Origin: Camelus dromedarius
Lineage: Eukaryota
NCBI RefSeq assembly: GCF_036321535.1
Contig: NC_087447.1
Location: 49,292,001 to 49,356,000 of the forward strand
DNA length: 64,000 nucleotides
Direction: 5' to 3'
Of the stretch, positions 13,107 to 26,200 are shown piece after piece (within the stretch, counting starts at the first letter, position 1; each line of letters opens with the position of its first letter). The notes beneath the pieces were generated by a model that did not search any database, was not told the DNA's origin, and saw only the letters and a program-made list of their open reading frames with translations. The position numbers and the translations under genes are program-made.

Positions 13107-14514
13107 GAGCCTTGAGCTCTGGGGAGACCCACTGGGGAAGGAACTGGGTCTACTCAGGACTTTCAGGCTGGGTGAGGCCTTCAGGAAACCTGGTGTGAGA
13201 GACTCACTCTCTGGACTCAGGAAGCCCCAGCCCTTGCCCTCAGGGAGCCATTGTCTGGGTGAGGCCTATTCTCTGCCTTAAGGGCTCTGGTGGAGAGGGA
13301 GACACACTTACGAATTTTCTAACTTCAAAGACCAAACACACTTAGCACTAGCTGTTACCCATGCATTGCCAAGATTTCACCCATTTGAACTGAGCCTATC
13401 AAAGTGACTGTGACTTTTGTGACTAGAATCCTAATTTCACCATTTCCTCCTGGATTTCTGATTCTGTGTCACCTGGGACTGTGTAAATAATGTCTGGTTC
13501 TGTAACACCAGTGTTTTAGGGTAAATTTGATGTCGGGGTTGGTGTAAGAACCTGTTCTTTGTAATGCCCACATCTGTAATGCTGGGAGCAGTAATGCCTA
13601 GCTCTGTGTGATGAGTGGGTCTATGGGATGCTTAGGTATGAACAAACTGGTCCTTGTTTGTATCAGGCCTTGTCTTGCCTTGTCTTGTTTTATAGCCAGT
13701 CTCATCTGACCTGGTTATCTCCCTGGGATGGGGAGAGTTTTCTGATCTGTTCCCAACCCATTCTGTTGCCACACATACCCGACCCGGCTGGGACTCGCTG
13801 CTTGGGAGGCAGGAGGCAGGGAGTTGTCAGCAGGGGCTTCCAAAACCCTGTATCCATCCCTGTGCTGGGGGTTAGGGGAGAAGCTGGGGGGCTGATTCTA
13901 GCCCTCTGCACAGCTCTCAGCTCTCAGTGGCAGGGCTTTGAGGCTATCCCACATCAAAGAAGACGGAGGTTCAGAAGTTCTAATTCCCATTTTTATTGGG
14001 AATTTTACTGGTTGATACAAATATCTGAGCCTATATTTATCAATACTAAGAATTTCAAAGTCTCTTCCAACAAGATGAGGCTGTTGGTATGTTCATATTC
14101 CTTCTCCTTCCCTCCTATTTCCCAGGTTCTGCAAAAATAATCTGGAATTACAGATATAACTTATTATTATATTTGTTCTTGCACAGTGTCTCTTCTATTA
14201 CAAAGATCCTTTCTTACAAACTGCATTACAGTCTGCAACCACCATATTATTTCTAGTTATGTAGATTTAAGTTTTACTGCATTCATTGCTCACCATTATT
14301 TCTTGTATATTACATCTTTCCCTATCTGTATATTGTGGTCTAATTTTCTTTTGTGTTGGGTACTTCCTCCAGTAATGGTTTCAGAAATGGAATAAAGTCA
14401 CGAGACTTTCTGAGTCCTCACCTGTCCAAATTGTCATTCACGTTTTACAGAAGAGGAAACAGTTCAGAAAGGATAAGCAACTTGCCCAAGATTGCACAAA
14501 ATAAATGGTGGAGC

Positions 14515-15261
14515 CAGGGCTAGATCTAGATTTTGTGGGAACTGAAGCTTATACAATCTGGAGAGATCTCTTTAAGAAAAAGAACACAAAATTAGGTAAG
14601 AAGGTGAGTATTTACTTAGAATGAAAAAAGAAGTCAAAACAAATATATCATACAATTCAGGAAAATAGCATAAGATTTTTCACTAACTGCTGTGCACATT
14701 GCCAGAAATCTTCCCCATAATGATTGGAAGTTTTTTTGCACAGACTAGCTTCTGGTTGTACATTGCAAACCTGTTTCTCCTCTATTGTTCATACACTTCC
14801 AAGGCCAGGCAGCAGAAGGCACATTCATGTCACAAGATGACCTCTGGATATGATACCTTGATGTCACAATGCCAAATGAGTTGGATTGTGGGTAGGAAGA
14901 TTCCTAGAAGCCGTTCTCTATACAGAGGTGGCTAACAATGATTTATCCATACACAGAGGTAACTGAGAAACACATAAATATATCCCAATGATTCCAAATT
15001 AAATTAATCCCCAACTCTACTCTCCCTTAGCCAAACCCCAGAAATGCCCATGTCAGCCACCTCATGTAAAGGGAAACTGGGACACAAGGGAAGTTGGAGT
15101 GAAAAGAACTAGCAATCTAAACCGATTGTAGTGAATGTATCTTACCTTTGCAAATTTCCCAAGAAAATGACAACATGAACATATTGCAGAGGCTTCTCCC
15201 TGGGCCTGCGAAGAGGCTCTGATGTTCAAGCAGCATTAGCTTCACACTGAGTCCACCTCTG
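14515..15261. mobile_element. MER45-like hAT DNA transposon, apparently inserted into a MIR
   Basis: Left end CAGGG...TTTTGTGGG..CTGAAGCTTATACAAT..CTCTTTAAGAAAAAGAA and right end ..CATTAGCTTCAC..TCCACCTCTG resemble MER45 termini; MIR-like sequence on both sides. Confidence 0.65.
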
Positions 15262-16669
15262 CATTGAGCCAAGATTCAAAGAAGATGAGATGCTTGTGCT
15301 TAAAATCATCCAGACTGGCTAGAGTGAGGAGATTCCAGGAGTAATCATAAGGGAGACGTGGGCTGAGAGCCAGAAGTGGAAAAGGTAAGGGTCAGATGTC
15401 TTCCCAGGGACTGTAGGGGCCCAGGGAGCAGCCCTCTTCCCTGATATGGCCTCTGGCCAATGAGGAGCTGCAATTAGTTGTGTCTGTGAGCTCAGTGTCT
15501 TCTCACCCTGTCCCCAGGAACTGGAGGAGAAGGTGTTAAGTCCCCCTGCTAGATTCTATGGTGGTAAAAATCCAGCAGAGAACAGGACTAGACCAGAATT
15601 GACATCCTGATGCTTGTCCTGGAGACTCATGCAGGGAACTTGCAGGGCAGACAGATGCCCATCAGGAGCTGGGAGCCAAGAGCCATGATTGGAGCACAAA
15701 TAAGTGAGCAAAACCCCACAGCACCCTCACCATTCTTTGGACATGTTGAATTCTTACCCCCTAACACACCCCTACATGAGCTCTTCCCTCTGCCCAGCTG
15801 GCTTTCATCCCCACCCCACTGCTTGCCTCTCCATCCCACTTAATGAAGCCCTGCCCAATCTTCCAGACACAGCTCAAAGGCCACCATCTCCAGGTAGGCA
15901 GCATGCTATAAGCAATGAGGAGCTGGGGAACAACCACTTTAGAAAATCCGATAAAAGGTACAGACTCTCCATTAAAAATGCACACACACTTATACATAAT
16001 TGTGCATCTGATTTCAGAGGTTGGGAACCATCTGAAGCCTGGCTGTAGACCTTCAGTGGAATGGCGTAAAAACAGAATTTTAGAGTCGGTCAGATTTGAG
16101 TTCAAATCTGGACTCTGCCACTGACTCACAGTGTGACCCTGAACAGGTGATTTAACTTCTCTGCCTCTCCATTTCTTCACCTGTAAAGGCAGTTGATCAT
16201 TCCTATCTCCTGTCTCCCAAAAGTTGTGAAGACCAAATAATGATGGCATACGCAATCATAGGCAGTGCACCTGATGATCAGTGTTTGTAAGTTGCCTTTC
16301 CCTGCTCCCGTCCCTGAAAGAATTTAAGAGGCACATAGAGCATGGGGGTAGGAGCAGGTGGTGAAGACTGAGGACGCATCACTGAGGGGAAACACACTCC
16401 CTTTGCCCTGCCCTGGCTGCAGCTCTGCTTGTCCCCTAATCTCTCTTCCACTGTCAGCCAGCACTCAGCCAGCCCAGTCTTATCTCTCCCCACAGCCAGC
16501 CTGGGACAGCTTTCCTCAACCAGATTTACATTTTTATTGATTTTCTTTCTCCCTCCCAGAGCAGTCTCTTCCTTCTGCTTCCCCTTTAGCTATAAAATGG
16601 GCTTACCCTTGGAAATAGCTTTTCTTGGGCTAGCCAGAAAGTGATGGTTCAGGGGTGAATTCATTCACC

Positions 16670-17560
16670 ATTCATTCATTCATTTATTCAACCAACCAAC
16701 AAATCCTGCATGGCTGCTCTATGCCCCTGTGCTGGCACTGCTGGGGACACAGCCATGTGTCCAGTACAGGAAACTCCCAGTGTAAGCAGACAAGCTGGTA
16801 AATAGTAGCAAAAGTGAGTAGTCATATAGGAGAGGGAAGAAGAGGAAATCACAGACTCTTCCTGGGGCCACCATGGAAGGCTTCCCGGAAGAGATTAAAT
16901 CAGAGCCGGCCTTAAAGATTAGGCAGGAAGTCCTCATAACTGAGCATGAGAAACAATGGGATGAGCAAAGATAGGAAGGCACGAGAGAGCAAGATATGGT
17001 ACAAGAGTGATGTGATTGGGGTGTACTACTCATGCAGGGCTATCAGGAGAGGGGAGAGCTGAGGCTAGAGATACCAGTGGGGATGAACAGTTGAGTTCCA
17101 GCTGAAGGCTTTGGATGTCTTCCTGAGGGCAAGGAGAAGCCCTTGAAGCATTGATTGATGGATCATTCCACTGACCAGTTATTTTAAGCAGGGAGTGACA
17201 TGACAAGATTTGTGTTTTAGAAAGGCTGCAAGCTGCACCATGGGGGCTTTGAGTGGAAAAGGGAAGCTGGAGGCCAAGAGCTCAAGCAGGAGACTGATGC
17301 ACTAATCAAGAGGAGAAGTAAGAGGCCTTGAACCAGGTCAAGAGAAGCATCCTAGAAGTGGGGACATCTAAGATGAGTCCTGAAAGATGAGCAGGAATAC
17401 ACCAGATGGAGAAGTTGGGAATGGTATCCAGGGAGAAGAAATGACACAGGTAAAATCTCAGCATATAGAGAGCTCCTGGCAGGCTTGGGAAATTTCTACT
17501 AGTTCAGCAGGGCTACAGTGTGGTCTAAGAGAGAGTTCATGAAGAGGGATGAAGCTGAAG
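16670..17560. mobile_element. L2 LINE fragments
   Basis: (CATT)n L2 3' end followed by GGAAGGCTTCC.GGA.GAG and TTTTAAGCAGGGAGTGACATGA motifs. Confidence 0.6.
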
Positions 17561-18094
17561 AAGGGGGTCGGGGCCCTCAGTTTCTCTCAGTATTGTCTCC
17601 TGAACCTAGACTCAGGTGAGAGAAGAGGAGCACTGGCCACTTGTACAGAGGTGACTGTGTGGGGCTGCCTTCCCTGCAGACTGTGAGAGCCCTGGGTCAG
17701 GGGCACTCCTTACTCAAAGCAAACCTTTACATGATCACAACACTTCACATTTTACAAACTCCCTTCACACTTGATCCTCATGGCTTCCTGGTGAGGAATG
17801 TGGAACAGGGATTATTGTCCTCATATAGTGGATAAAGAAACTGAGGCCTAGAAAAGTTCAGGAATTTATCCAAGGTTGCTTAAAAGCCCAGGCATCCCAC
17901 TCTTAAAACTCTGATGTTTTTTCTAATAAACATACTTGTCCCTGAATCACACATGCACAATAGATATAGTAGCTGCTAACTAATGTGATTGCAATAGGAA
18001 AAAAGAAAACAGATCCGAGAAAGATTTTCTCCTCCTGTCCCCAGTTCCTCAGCCTTAACCCTGGAGCTGGAGACATTCCAGCTGAGAAACAGAA

Positions 18095-18494
18095 CCAGGT
18101 TGCAGCCAATTGTCAGCCTGGGCTGCAGTCATCAGAAGGTTTGACTGGGGCTGGAGGATCCACTTCCAAGCTTATCTGTGGTTGTCGTCAGGTCTCCATT
18201 CTTTGCTGGCAGTTGGTCAAAGGTTTCAGTTCCTTTTTACACAAGCCTCTCCATGAGACTACTAATGACATGGTGACTAACTTCCCCTAAGTGAATGATC
18301 CAAGAAAGAAAATCCATCAAGATGGAAGCCATGGTGTGTTTTACAATCTAATCTTGGAAGTGACATACCATTGTTTTTACCATATTCTTTTTGTTACACA
18401 GACTAAACTTGGTACAGTATGGGAGGGGAACACAAAAGAGTATAAATGCCAGGAGGTGTGGATCTTTGGGAACCATTTGGAAGCTGGTTGCCAC
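18095..18494. mobile_element. MaLR (MLT1-type) LTR
   Basis: GGGCTGCAGTCATC.GAAGG.TTGACTGGGGCTGGAGGATCCACTTCCAAG motif and ...GGCTGCCACA-like end. Confidence 0.7.
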
Positions 18495-18749
18495 AAGTGC
18501 CCAAAACAGTACCTGGTACTCAATAAGTACTTATTCATTAGCGGCTGCTATTAGTCTCTCAATGGTCACAGACTAGCTGGGAAGACAAGATTTGATGTGA
18601 AAATATGAGACAGCTTGGCAAAGTAGACTGTGACTTCAACTGGGCAATGCTCAATTACATGGTAGAAGAGGGTCTGTGGGACAAAGAGGTGGAAATCAAG
18701 GAAGACCCCCCTGGCAGAGGTGGAACTGAGAGAGGATGCCAACCCAGAG

Positions 18750-19230
18750 AGGAGACAGAGGGCAAATATGGAAGGCACTATTGGTTGCCTTCCCACAGCC
18801 AATCCCCTTTTCCTCTTTCCAGGAGCAAGGTGCCCAGACACAAGGATGGTCCAAGCCATTCATGGAAATGCCTTCTTCTTTGCCAGTGAGTGGTCTAAGA
18901 GTGGACATGTGACCTCATTTTGATCAGTGAAATATAAAGAGATGGTCTTGGAAATCTCCCCTCTTAGATAAGAGAGAGGCATGAGAGAAGATACTTTTTG
19001 CTCCCATGCCTTTTCTTCCCACTTGGGAGGACATGATACTTGGTGTCACATCAGTCATTTTGTGATCACAGGCAGAGTCTCTCAAGGCTTGGAGTGGGAA
19101 AAGCCTGGGTCATCAGACATGGTTGAATCACCAGACCAAACCTGGATAAACCTTCTTCTGTCTTCCTTGTTAAGGAAAGAAAAGGTTTAGGCCACTCTAA
19201 ACCAGGTTTTCTCTTACTTGCATTCTAACT
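18750..19230. mobile_element. MaLR (MLT1-type) LTR remnant
   Basis: ...GGACATGTGACC..., GAGCCTGGGTC-like and ...TTACTTGCATTCTAACTGAT end motifs. Confidence 0.5.
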
Positions 19231-19329
19231 GATTTGGTGAGCAAAGTATTCCAGTTCCCTCTGTTTTTCTTTTTTTTTTTTTTTTCCCCTCTTCCCCAGA
19301 GGGCAGTGTGAAAATGTGGAATAGGAAAG

Positions 19330-19700
19330 GGTCCTGGGCTGGGAGACAGTAGTCCTTGGTCTAACCCCAGCTCTGCTGCTGAGTTGCTCTGTAATCTTGA
19401 GCAAGTCCCTGCCCCTCTGGGCCTCCAATAATTATAGCTAATATTTATTGACTGTTTGCTGTGTGCCAAGGACTCTGCTAAGAGCTTCCCTTACATTACC
19501 TCATTCAATCCGCATATCAACTCTGCTATGTCAATATTATTATCCTCCTTATTTTATAGATAAGGAGACCAAGGCCCAGAGACATTAGGTAATTTGCTCA
19601 AGGTTACAAAGCAAGTGTAACCTTGGCTCTTTGGATTCTGAATTCAGGCTCATCTCTCTCTAAAGCCCAAGCTCCTGGCCATAATGCTATACTTCTTCGT
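19330..19700. mobile_element. MIR SINE fragments
   Basis: ATTTTATAGATAAGGAGACCAAGGCCCAGAGA...TTGCTCAAGGTTACA core. Confidence 0.7.
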
Positions 19701-19779
19701 GGTAAAAGGAAGTCTCTGGACAAGATGACCTCTAAGGGGCTTTCCAGCTCAAATATTCTTTGATTTGCTGTCCCATTTC

Positions 19780-20100
19780 TAGCTACATGATGAACAAACC
19801 AGCTTATCCTAGAGAAGAAACAAATAAGGACTGTCTTTAGCCATCTGAAAAGCTGTCATGTGAGTGGGAGATTAGACTTATTCAGTGTAGCTCAGAGGAC
19901 ATGAACTGGATGAGTGTGGGGACACTACAGGGAGATAGAATGTAGCTTATATAAGACAGAACTTTCTAGCTTCCATTCAGCAGGGGGTAGATGTATGCGC
20001 AGAGGCAATGACTCCCCTGTCATGAAATTTCTACAAGCCTGTGTTTGATAAACGTTTGTCAGAAGTACTGTATTGAGTAGAGGTGGGATTGAATGGTTTA
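19780..20100. mobile_element. L3/CR1 LINE remnant
   Basis: CTGAAAGCTGTCATGTG..GATTAGACTTATTC.GTGTAGCTC..AGAACTTTCTA motifs typical of L3. Confidence 0.5.
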
Positions 20101-21497
20101 AAATTTGTGGTGGGAATTAAATGGGATAATATAATCTAGTATATTTTAATACTCTCAGCACCCCAACTGATACAAATAGAGGGAGTCAAAAAACTGTTGT
20201 TTCTTTCCCTTTTTGACCCTGAGATTCTTAAGATTCTCTAATATAGATTTTTGGTTCTTTGGCTCTAATATTCCACAGTTCTGTAATTTCAACACATTGT
20301 GATTCTGCCCTGCTAAGACTCTATGATTTTAATATTCCAACTTTCCATGATTGTGTGGTTCTAGAAGCTGAGCAGTCTATGATTTTGTAATTTAATACTC
20401 TCTAGCTTTAACAATCCAAGATTCAATTAAGTGTCTCTCACCAGCTCCAAAAACATGAGGGAGTTGCTCCATATGCTGTGCTTCAATGGCCTGGACACAC
20501 ACTGGGCTTCTCCCTCTGCTCATGTTATCATTCCACTGCCTTCCCCGATCCCAGCCTCAGTATCTTCCTTCAGATCAACCCTCCTCCCTAACTGATACCT
20601 CCATCTTTACTCTGCTGCCTCCCAACCCACCAAGAAGGTATGTTCACTCTCTACCTGCTGGTGTTTTTTCGTTGAACAAGAAACTTCTCTATGCCCAGGC
20701 TTGTGCTTATTCCAAAAGAGACAAGAGAATAAGAAGGCATGGTTGTGATTCTCAGGGGTCCTAAGATCTAGGGGCTCAAGTTTCCTTTAAGTTCAACTCA
20801 AACTCACCTCTACCAGGAAGCCTTCCTTGATTGACACTAAATATGTAGCACCAATATTCTTAGTCATAACTGTGAAGATATGAGCACTTTGGTTGACTAT
20901 AGGGCACATTTTAACTTATCTGTTCATCTTGTCTCCCGGATTATAATTGAGATTATCCCCTAAATTAAGAGCATGTCTCATCAACGAGAGTGAGAGTTTT
21001 CTAGAGGAAGATCATATCTTCCCCATCAGACATGGTCCATGCCTCTCTTATATCATACTTGAGTTAGAGTTAAAGGCAAAGTAATGTTTCTCCACCAGAT
21101 TAATAAATTCCCAAAGGCAAGTTCATGTCTCTCCCATGGGACTGAGGATTTTATAAAAGCAGATGCTACATCTCCCCTTAATATGGGGAAGTCCTGAAAC
21201 CAAGGACTGAACTTCCACTCTCATGCTGGGGGCATCTCTCTGAGATCAAAGGGTCTAAGGCTCTGCCCTCTCTTTCTGTTTCTTTAATCCCAGTCCAGGA
21301 CGTTAGTCTTAAGAAGGGATATTTTCTCTAAAGCAGATAGATGAATAGAAGAGGGAATACTAGGAACTCAAGCCTCTCCCCAACATGTCCAGACCTTTTT
21401 GTGTCCTATCTTGGGCCATCTCCTAAAAGCTCCATTCCTCTACACAGACTGGGTCCCTCCTGGCTCCTCCCAGCAACTCAGAGCTATAAGTGAAGAT

Positions 21498-21518
21498 GTC
21501 AGCACCTTGGACAGCGCC
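21498..21518 (+). promoter_or_regulatory. RE1/NRSE (REST-binding) motif GTCAGCACCTTGGACAGCGCC
   Basis: Matches consensus TTCAGCACCnnGGACAGCGCC except at position 1; canonical 2-bp spacer. Confidence 0.85.
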
Positions 21519-22939
21519 CAACCCATTACAGGACTCTGAGCCAGCGGAAGCTAAGCTCTCCGACTCCCTTAGCCTCTGGGTGATGGATTTCCTCGTTTCT
21601 CAATTTGATTAAAGCCCAGTAGATAACCAGAGCGCCTTGTTCCTTTCTCTTCTCTCTTCCTGATGAACATAATTAACTCCGTCAGGCTGAGAATACTTGC
21701 TCTTAAATACTGCCTGCCCAGCCCCGACCTAGGCATGAATCAGGAACACATAGCCGGAACACTTTGACAACGCACACTTTTTACCCCCTGGAGAGTGGAG
21801 GTGGGAGAGAAAGCTCTCCCTGAGATATACAGGGGCTATGAATGGAGATGAAATGTGGTGATTGGGTAAAGAAAACCCTGAACAGAAAGTCAGGAAATTT
21901 GAAGTTTAGTTCTGGCTTTGTCACTAATCTAGATAAGATCTAGAGCAAGTGATGTGCCCTTTATGAGCCTGTTTTTCCATTTGTAAGATGAGGATGTTGG
22001 ATGAAACAACCTCAAATATTGCATTCAGTGCTAAAATTCTCTAGGGGAAAACTTTTAAAACAGAGAGGGAAAGAGATTTGCCTAAGGTCATATAGCAAGC
22101 TCATGGCAAAGGTGGGTTTGAACTCATGGCTCCTGGCTTCTATTTCAGGGCTATTTCCCTTGTACAGAACTCCCCCCTTCATCCACTTTGCAGATTTTTT
22201 GCCTGAGGGTGGGGCTGAGGAAGTGAAGACAGGTGGGATTGAGTTTGTTGGTGCCAACAAAAGAAAATAAAATTTAAGATATGTGAAAATGCTGATCTCT
22301 TTGCAGAAAGCAGAGAGCATAGTAGAAATAAATAAGATTATCTGGGAAGGACCACCTGATAGAGACAGAAATTCAATCTTAAACTCAGAGAAACCTAGAA
22401 GGGTTTTGTAACTTGCCCAAGGCCATCCAGCAAGGCAATTGTAGAATCCTCTTAAAGAGAAAGAATGAGCCTGATCAAGTGTTGGGGAGGGGGTGGCTCT
22501 ACAGAGAAGAGAAGAAAAAATATCAATCAGAAGGTACGCATTAGGTTGCTAAAGTGTGCTCAGATCTGTACTAGGCACTTTTAGCAGGAATGTACAAAAT
22601 AAGACATGAATTCTGCTTTCTATATCTTTGATGTGCTGCTTCTTCTACTTGGAATTACTTCCAGTGAGTCTATGTATGTCCAAATACTGCTGTTCTATTA
22701 AGGCTCAAAAGTCCCTCCTGGTGGGAAGGCATCCATAACCTAATCCAGATATTCCTTTCTCCTCTGAATCCCCAAAGCATTTTATTTGTTCCTGTTTTAT
22801 AGTACTCAGCATCATCTGCCTTATCTGCTCCCATCCCCTCCCCTAAGAAGAGTGAAGAGAGAGAGAACTTGTATTTTATTCAGCTTTGAACTGCTCAGAA
22901 TACTCAATACAAGATTTGAAATGTAATAGAATCTCAGTA

Positions 22940-23260
22940 AGTATTGGATAGATGAATGAATAGTTGGATGGACAATAAATATAGATGTATAGGTGAATGA
23001 GAGAGAGCAGAAGGGATGGGTGTGTGGATGGGTGAGTAGGTATTTGGGTAGATGGTGGGTCAATGGATGGATGGATAGATAAGTACATGAGTAATTGAGC
23101 TAGTTGGTAGGTGGGTAGATGGACAGGTGAATGAGTACATGGGTAAATCTATGACAACTGAATGGAAGGATATGTAGGTGGATAGTGTGTTTGGTGAATT
23201 GATGGATTAATATAAAGTTAGTTGTGTGGATAAATGGATGAATGTGTAATTACATGAATA
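22940..23260. repeat. Degenerate (GGAT/GGGT/GAAT)n tetramer repeat
   Basis: gatggatggatagat and ggtaggtgggtagatgg runs. Confidence 0.8.
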
Positions 23261-26200
23261 CATGATTACATGATTATATGTAAAGATAAATGTCAGGGTA
23301 TATAGAGAGAAGAATTATGGGAAACATGGAGATAGTCCTGATATCACAAAGATCATTTTCATGGAGGCTTTCCATTGCTAATGTCAGAAAAATGACTATG
23401 GGGGTGAGCTGACTCTGTGCTTAAGCCGAGTCAAAATATGCTAAGGCCCCCCAAAATCTCAACCTAGTATCAATGGAAGTCTAATATCAAGATCAAAAAA
23501 GGTGGTGGTTCTGCCTTGATCTGAGACACTGCCCTGAAGTCTGTGTTCTGCCCTGTAGATCTGAAGAAATGATGACATCCATGGCTTGTCCACACAAAAG
23601 ATACAGTGAGGAATAATCTGTAGAGTCTACCAAATGAAGAACTGGTGAAAAAAACAGGGGTGTTCAATGTAGAAAAGAGAAAAGTCAGGGGTGACTATCA
23701 CCAGGTCTCAGGATTTGGCTAGCTGTCCTGGGGCATGCCCTGTGGCCCCAGAGGCAAAGCTGGCTGCAAGAGGAAATCACAATGCTGAGGCCTCAGCCCA
23801 ACATGAGAAAGGCCATTATACAAGGGAAGGGCTTTCTTAGGGAAGTGAGCTCCCCATGGCTGGAGCTGCACAAATAGGATCTGGATATAATCTATCAGAG
23901 AAGTTACAAAGTGGAGACTTGCTTGGTGTGGAAAGTAAATAAAGGCAACTCTAAAGTCTCTTCCCACATGAAAATTAAATCATCTGTTCACCTCTTCAAC
24001 TCTCAACAATTAGGTTTAGCTGTGACCTGTGTTCAGATTGGAATGCAAGGAGTTTCTGTCCAGAGCTGAGGGTCTGAGGAGATTTGAGAGACAGATAGGG
24101 TCTAATGGGACCCTCAACTTTCTCTCCAAGTAGAACCGGGGTTTGAGGAATAAGAAGGAGCTGAAAATGTCCTTTCAGAGGCCCAAATGATGGAGGAGGG
24201 GGAGAATCAGAGCCACTCAGAGCCAATCCATGACCTAGATTCCCTGTAATTAATGAGCCTACGTCACTGATGTGTTGGCTTCTGATCAGTGCTGTCTTCC
24301 CAACCCTGCCCAGCTCCCTGGTATGAGAAGATTAAATCAATTAGGAGGAGGAGGAGATCTGGCTGGCGCTGGTTAGGAACAGTGGATAATTCACTTACAT
24401 AACAGGGGATTGAGGTTTTGACTTGGCACTTGGGGTGGGGGTAGATCCCAGACCCCAGGCTTTTGGGGAGAGACTTCAGGAGTTGTGAGTAAAGGCAGAG
24501 GGGAAAGGGAGTGCAGGGGAGGGGGAAGCTGTGACCCTCAGGTGGAGGCCCAACTTCCATCTTCCTGTGAGAACTAACTCCCTGTTCTCTGGGCTGGGAT
24601 AGGAACAAATTGTAAAATCACTCTTCTTTCCCCCAAATAAGGGGGTCCCAGTCACCAGGGTTATTCAAAAATGAAAATCTGACCAAGCGTCTCTCCTTAG
24701 CCTGACATTCAAGGTCCTGCAACCTCTCCAGCAGAATCTCCTGCATCCAAGAGATGGGGGTGGGTAGTGAAGCAACTAGCACTTCCTGGTTTTCCCTCTG
24801 TGCCAGGTCCTGGCTAGGCACTGAAAGTACAGAGAGAAACAGATCCAGTTCCTCAGAAGTGTTGCCTAGTTGGGGGGATACATACCTGCAACGCTCTGTG
24901 CCAAGTGGTAAAACAGAGGACTGCATGGGCAGGGCCCAGAGCAAACATAAGGGAGGCCTCCTGGGGTCAGTTCCAGAAGGCTCCCCAGGGGAGGAAGTAA
25001 TTGCACTTACTGAGCCTTAGAGGAAGGATGGATTAATGGGAGTTCACTGGGCTGACCTGGTTGAGGGAGGGCCTTGGGTGGAGGGAACAGCATGTACAAA
25101 GGCATGGCAGTGAAACAGCCTGGCACACGTTCAGGGAAATAGTTGGTGTAGCTGGAGCATAGAGCATGAGGTAGAAATGAGGGAGATGAGGCAGGAGAGG
25201 TAGCTGGTTCAGGACTTGCTTCTGATGGCATGCCAAGAAAGGACTGAGGCAATGATGCCAAAGTCTCTGATCAATCCATGCTTCCTGAGCACTTGACAGT
25301 GTGCCAGGCCCTGTGCTGGAACTGGGAGTGGGTGCGAGTGGGAGATAGGGAGATGAACAAAACTCAGGCCCTGTCCTCCAGGAGTTCTAGGGGAATGCAA
25401 ATATTACCCCTTACCAAGCTGATAGTCCCAGCTTAGCTCCAGGTGGGATTCAGGCCTGGCTGGTGTCTCTGGAGCTCTGCTGATTGGCTGGGTCTGCCTG
25501 CAGCCCCTTGCCTAAGGACTGAGATACCCAGGCAAGCAGTCTTGCTGTTCAAAAGTGAGCTGGCCTCTGAGGACCTGCTCCTGATACCTAACTCCTGAAG
25601 ACTGGTCCTATGGCGAGCAAGGTCCCCATAAGCAAGTTCTAGGTGGAGAGAGTGATGGGCTGAGTTGGTATCCTGGGGAGGGAAGCAAAACACGGGTGGA
25701 GAAAACATTTTGGAGTTGGACAGGAAGGGTCTTGGGAGACCCAGGGTTTTTATCTTGGGTCATGCCATCCTATGGGAAACACAGGAGAATGTAAGGTCAG
25801 GAGGGGAAGAAGATGAGTTGCAACAAATTTCATCAGGTGGAGGCCCACAGAAACTTAGGAATTCCAGTGAACCACAAAAAAGCTGCCTGTAGGCATGTGG
25901 AAATTCCTCTCTTGCCTATTCTCTCCCTTCCTTCATTCTTTCCTACAGAAACTCTGAGTACCTCCTCTCTCCAAACAGGCATGGGGCTGAGCAGCGAAGC
26001 ACAAATCTAGGGTCACCCAGTTCTTTGTCCAAAAGATCAGCATGAAACAACATTCTAGCACATCTAGGACTTGTCTGCATTAAAACTTTGGCTAGGAATT
26101 GAAGCTAGTGCCTGAAATTTATTTTACTGTTGAAAAGATTTAGGAAGTAACCTTTGTGATTGCAAGCAACAGAAACTGACTCAGACTAAGCAAAACAGAA

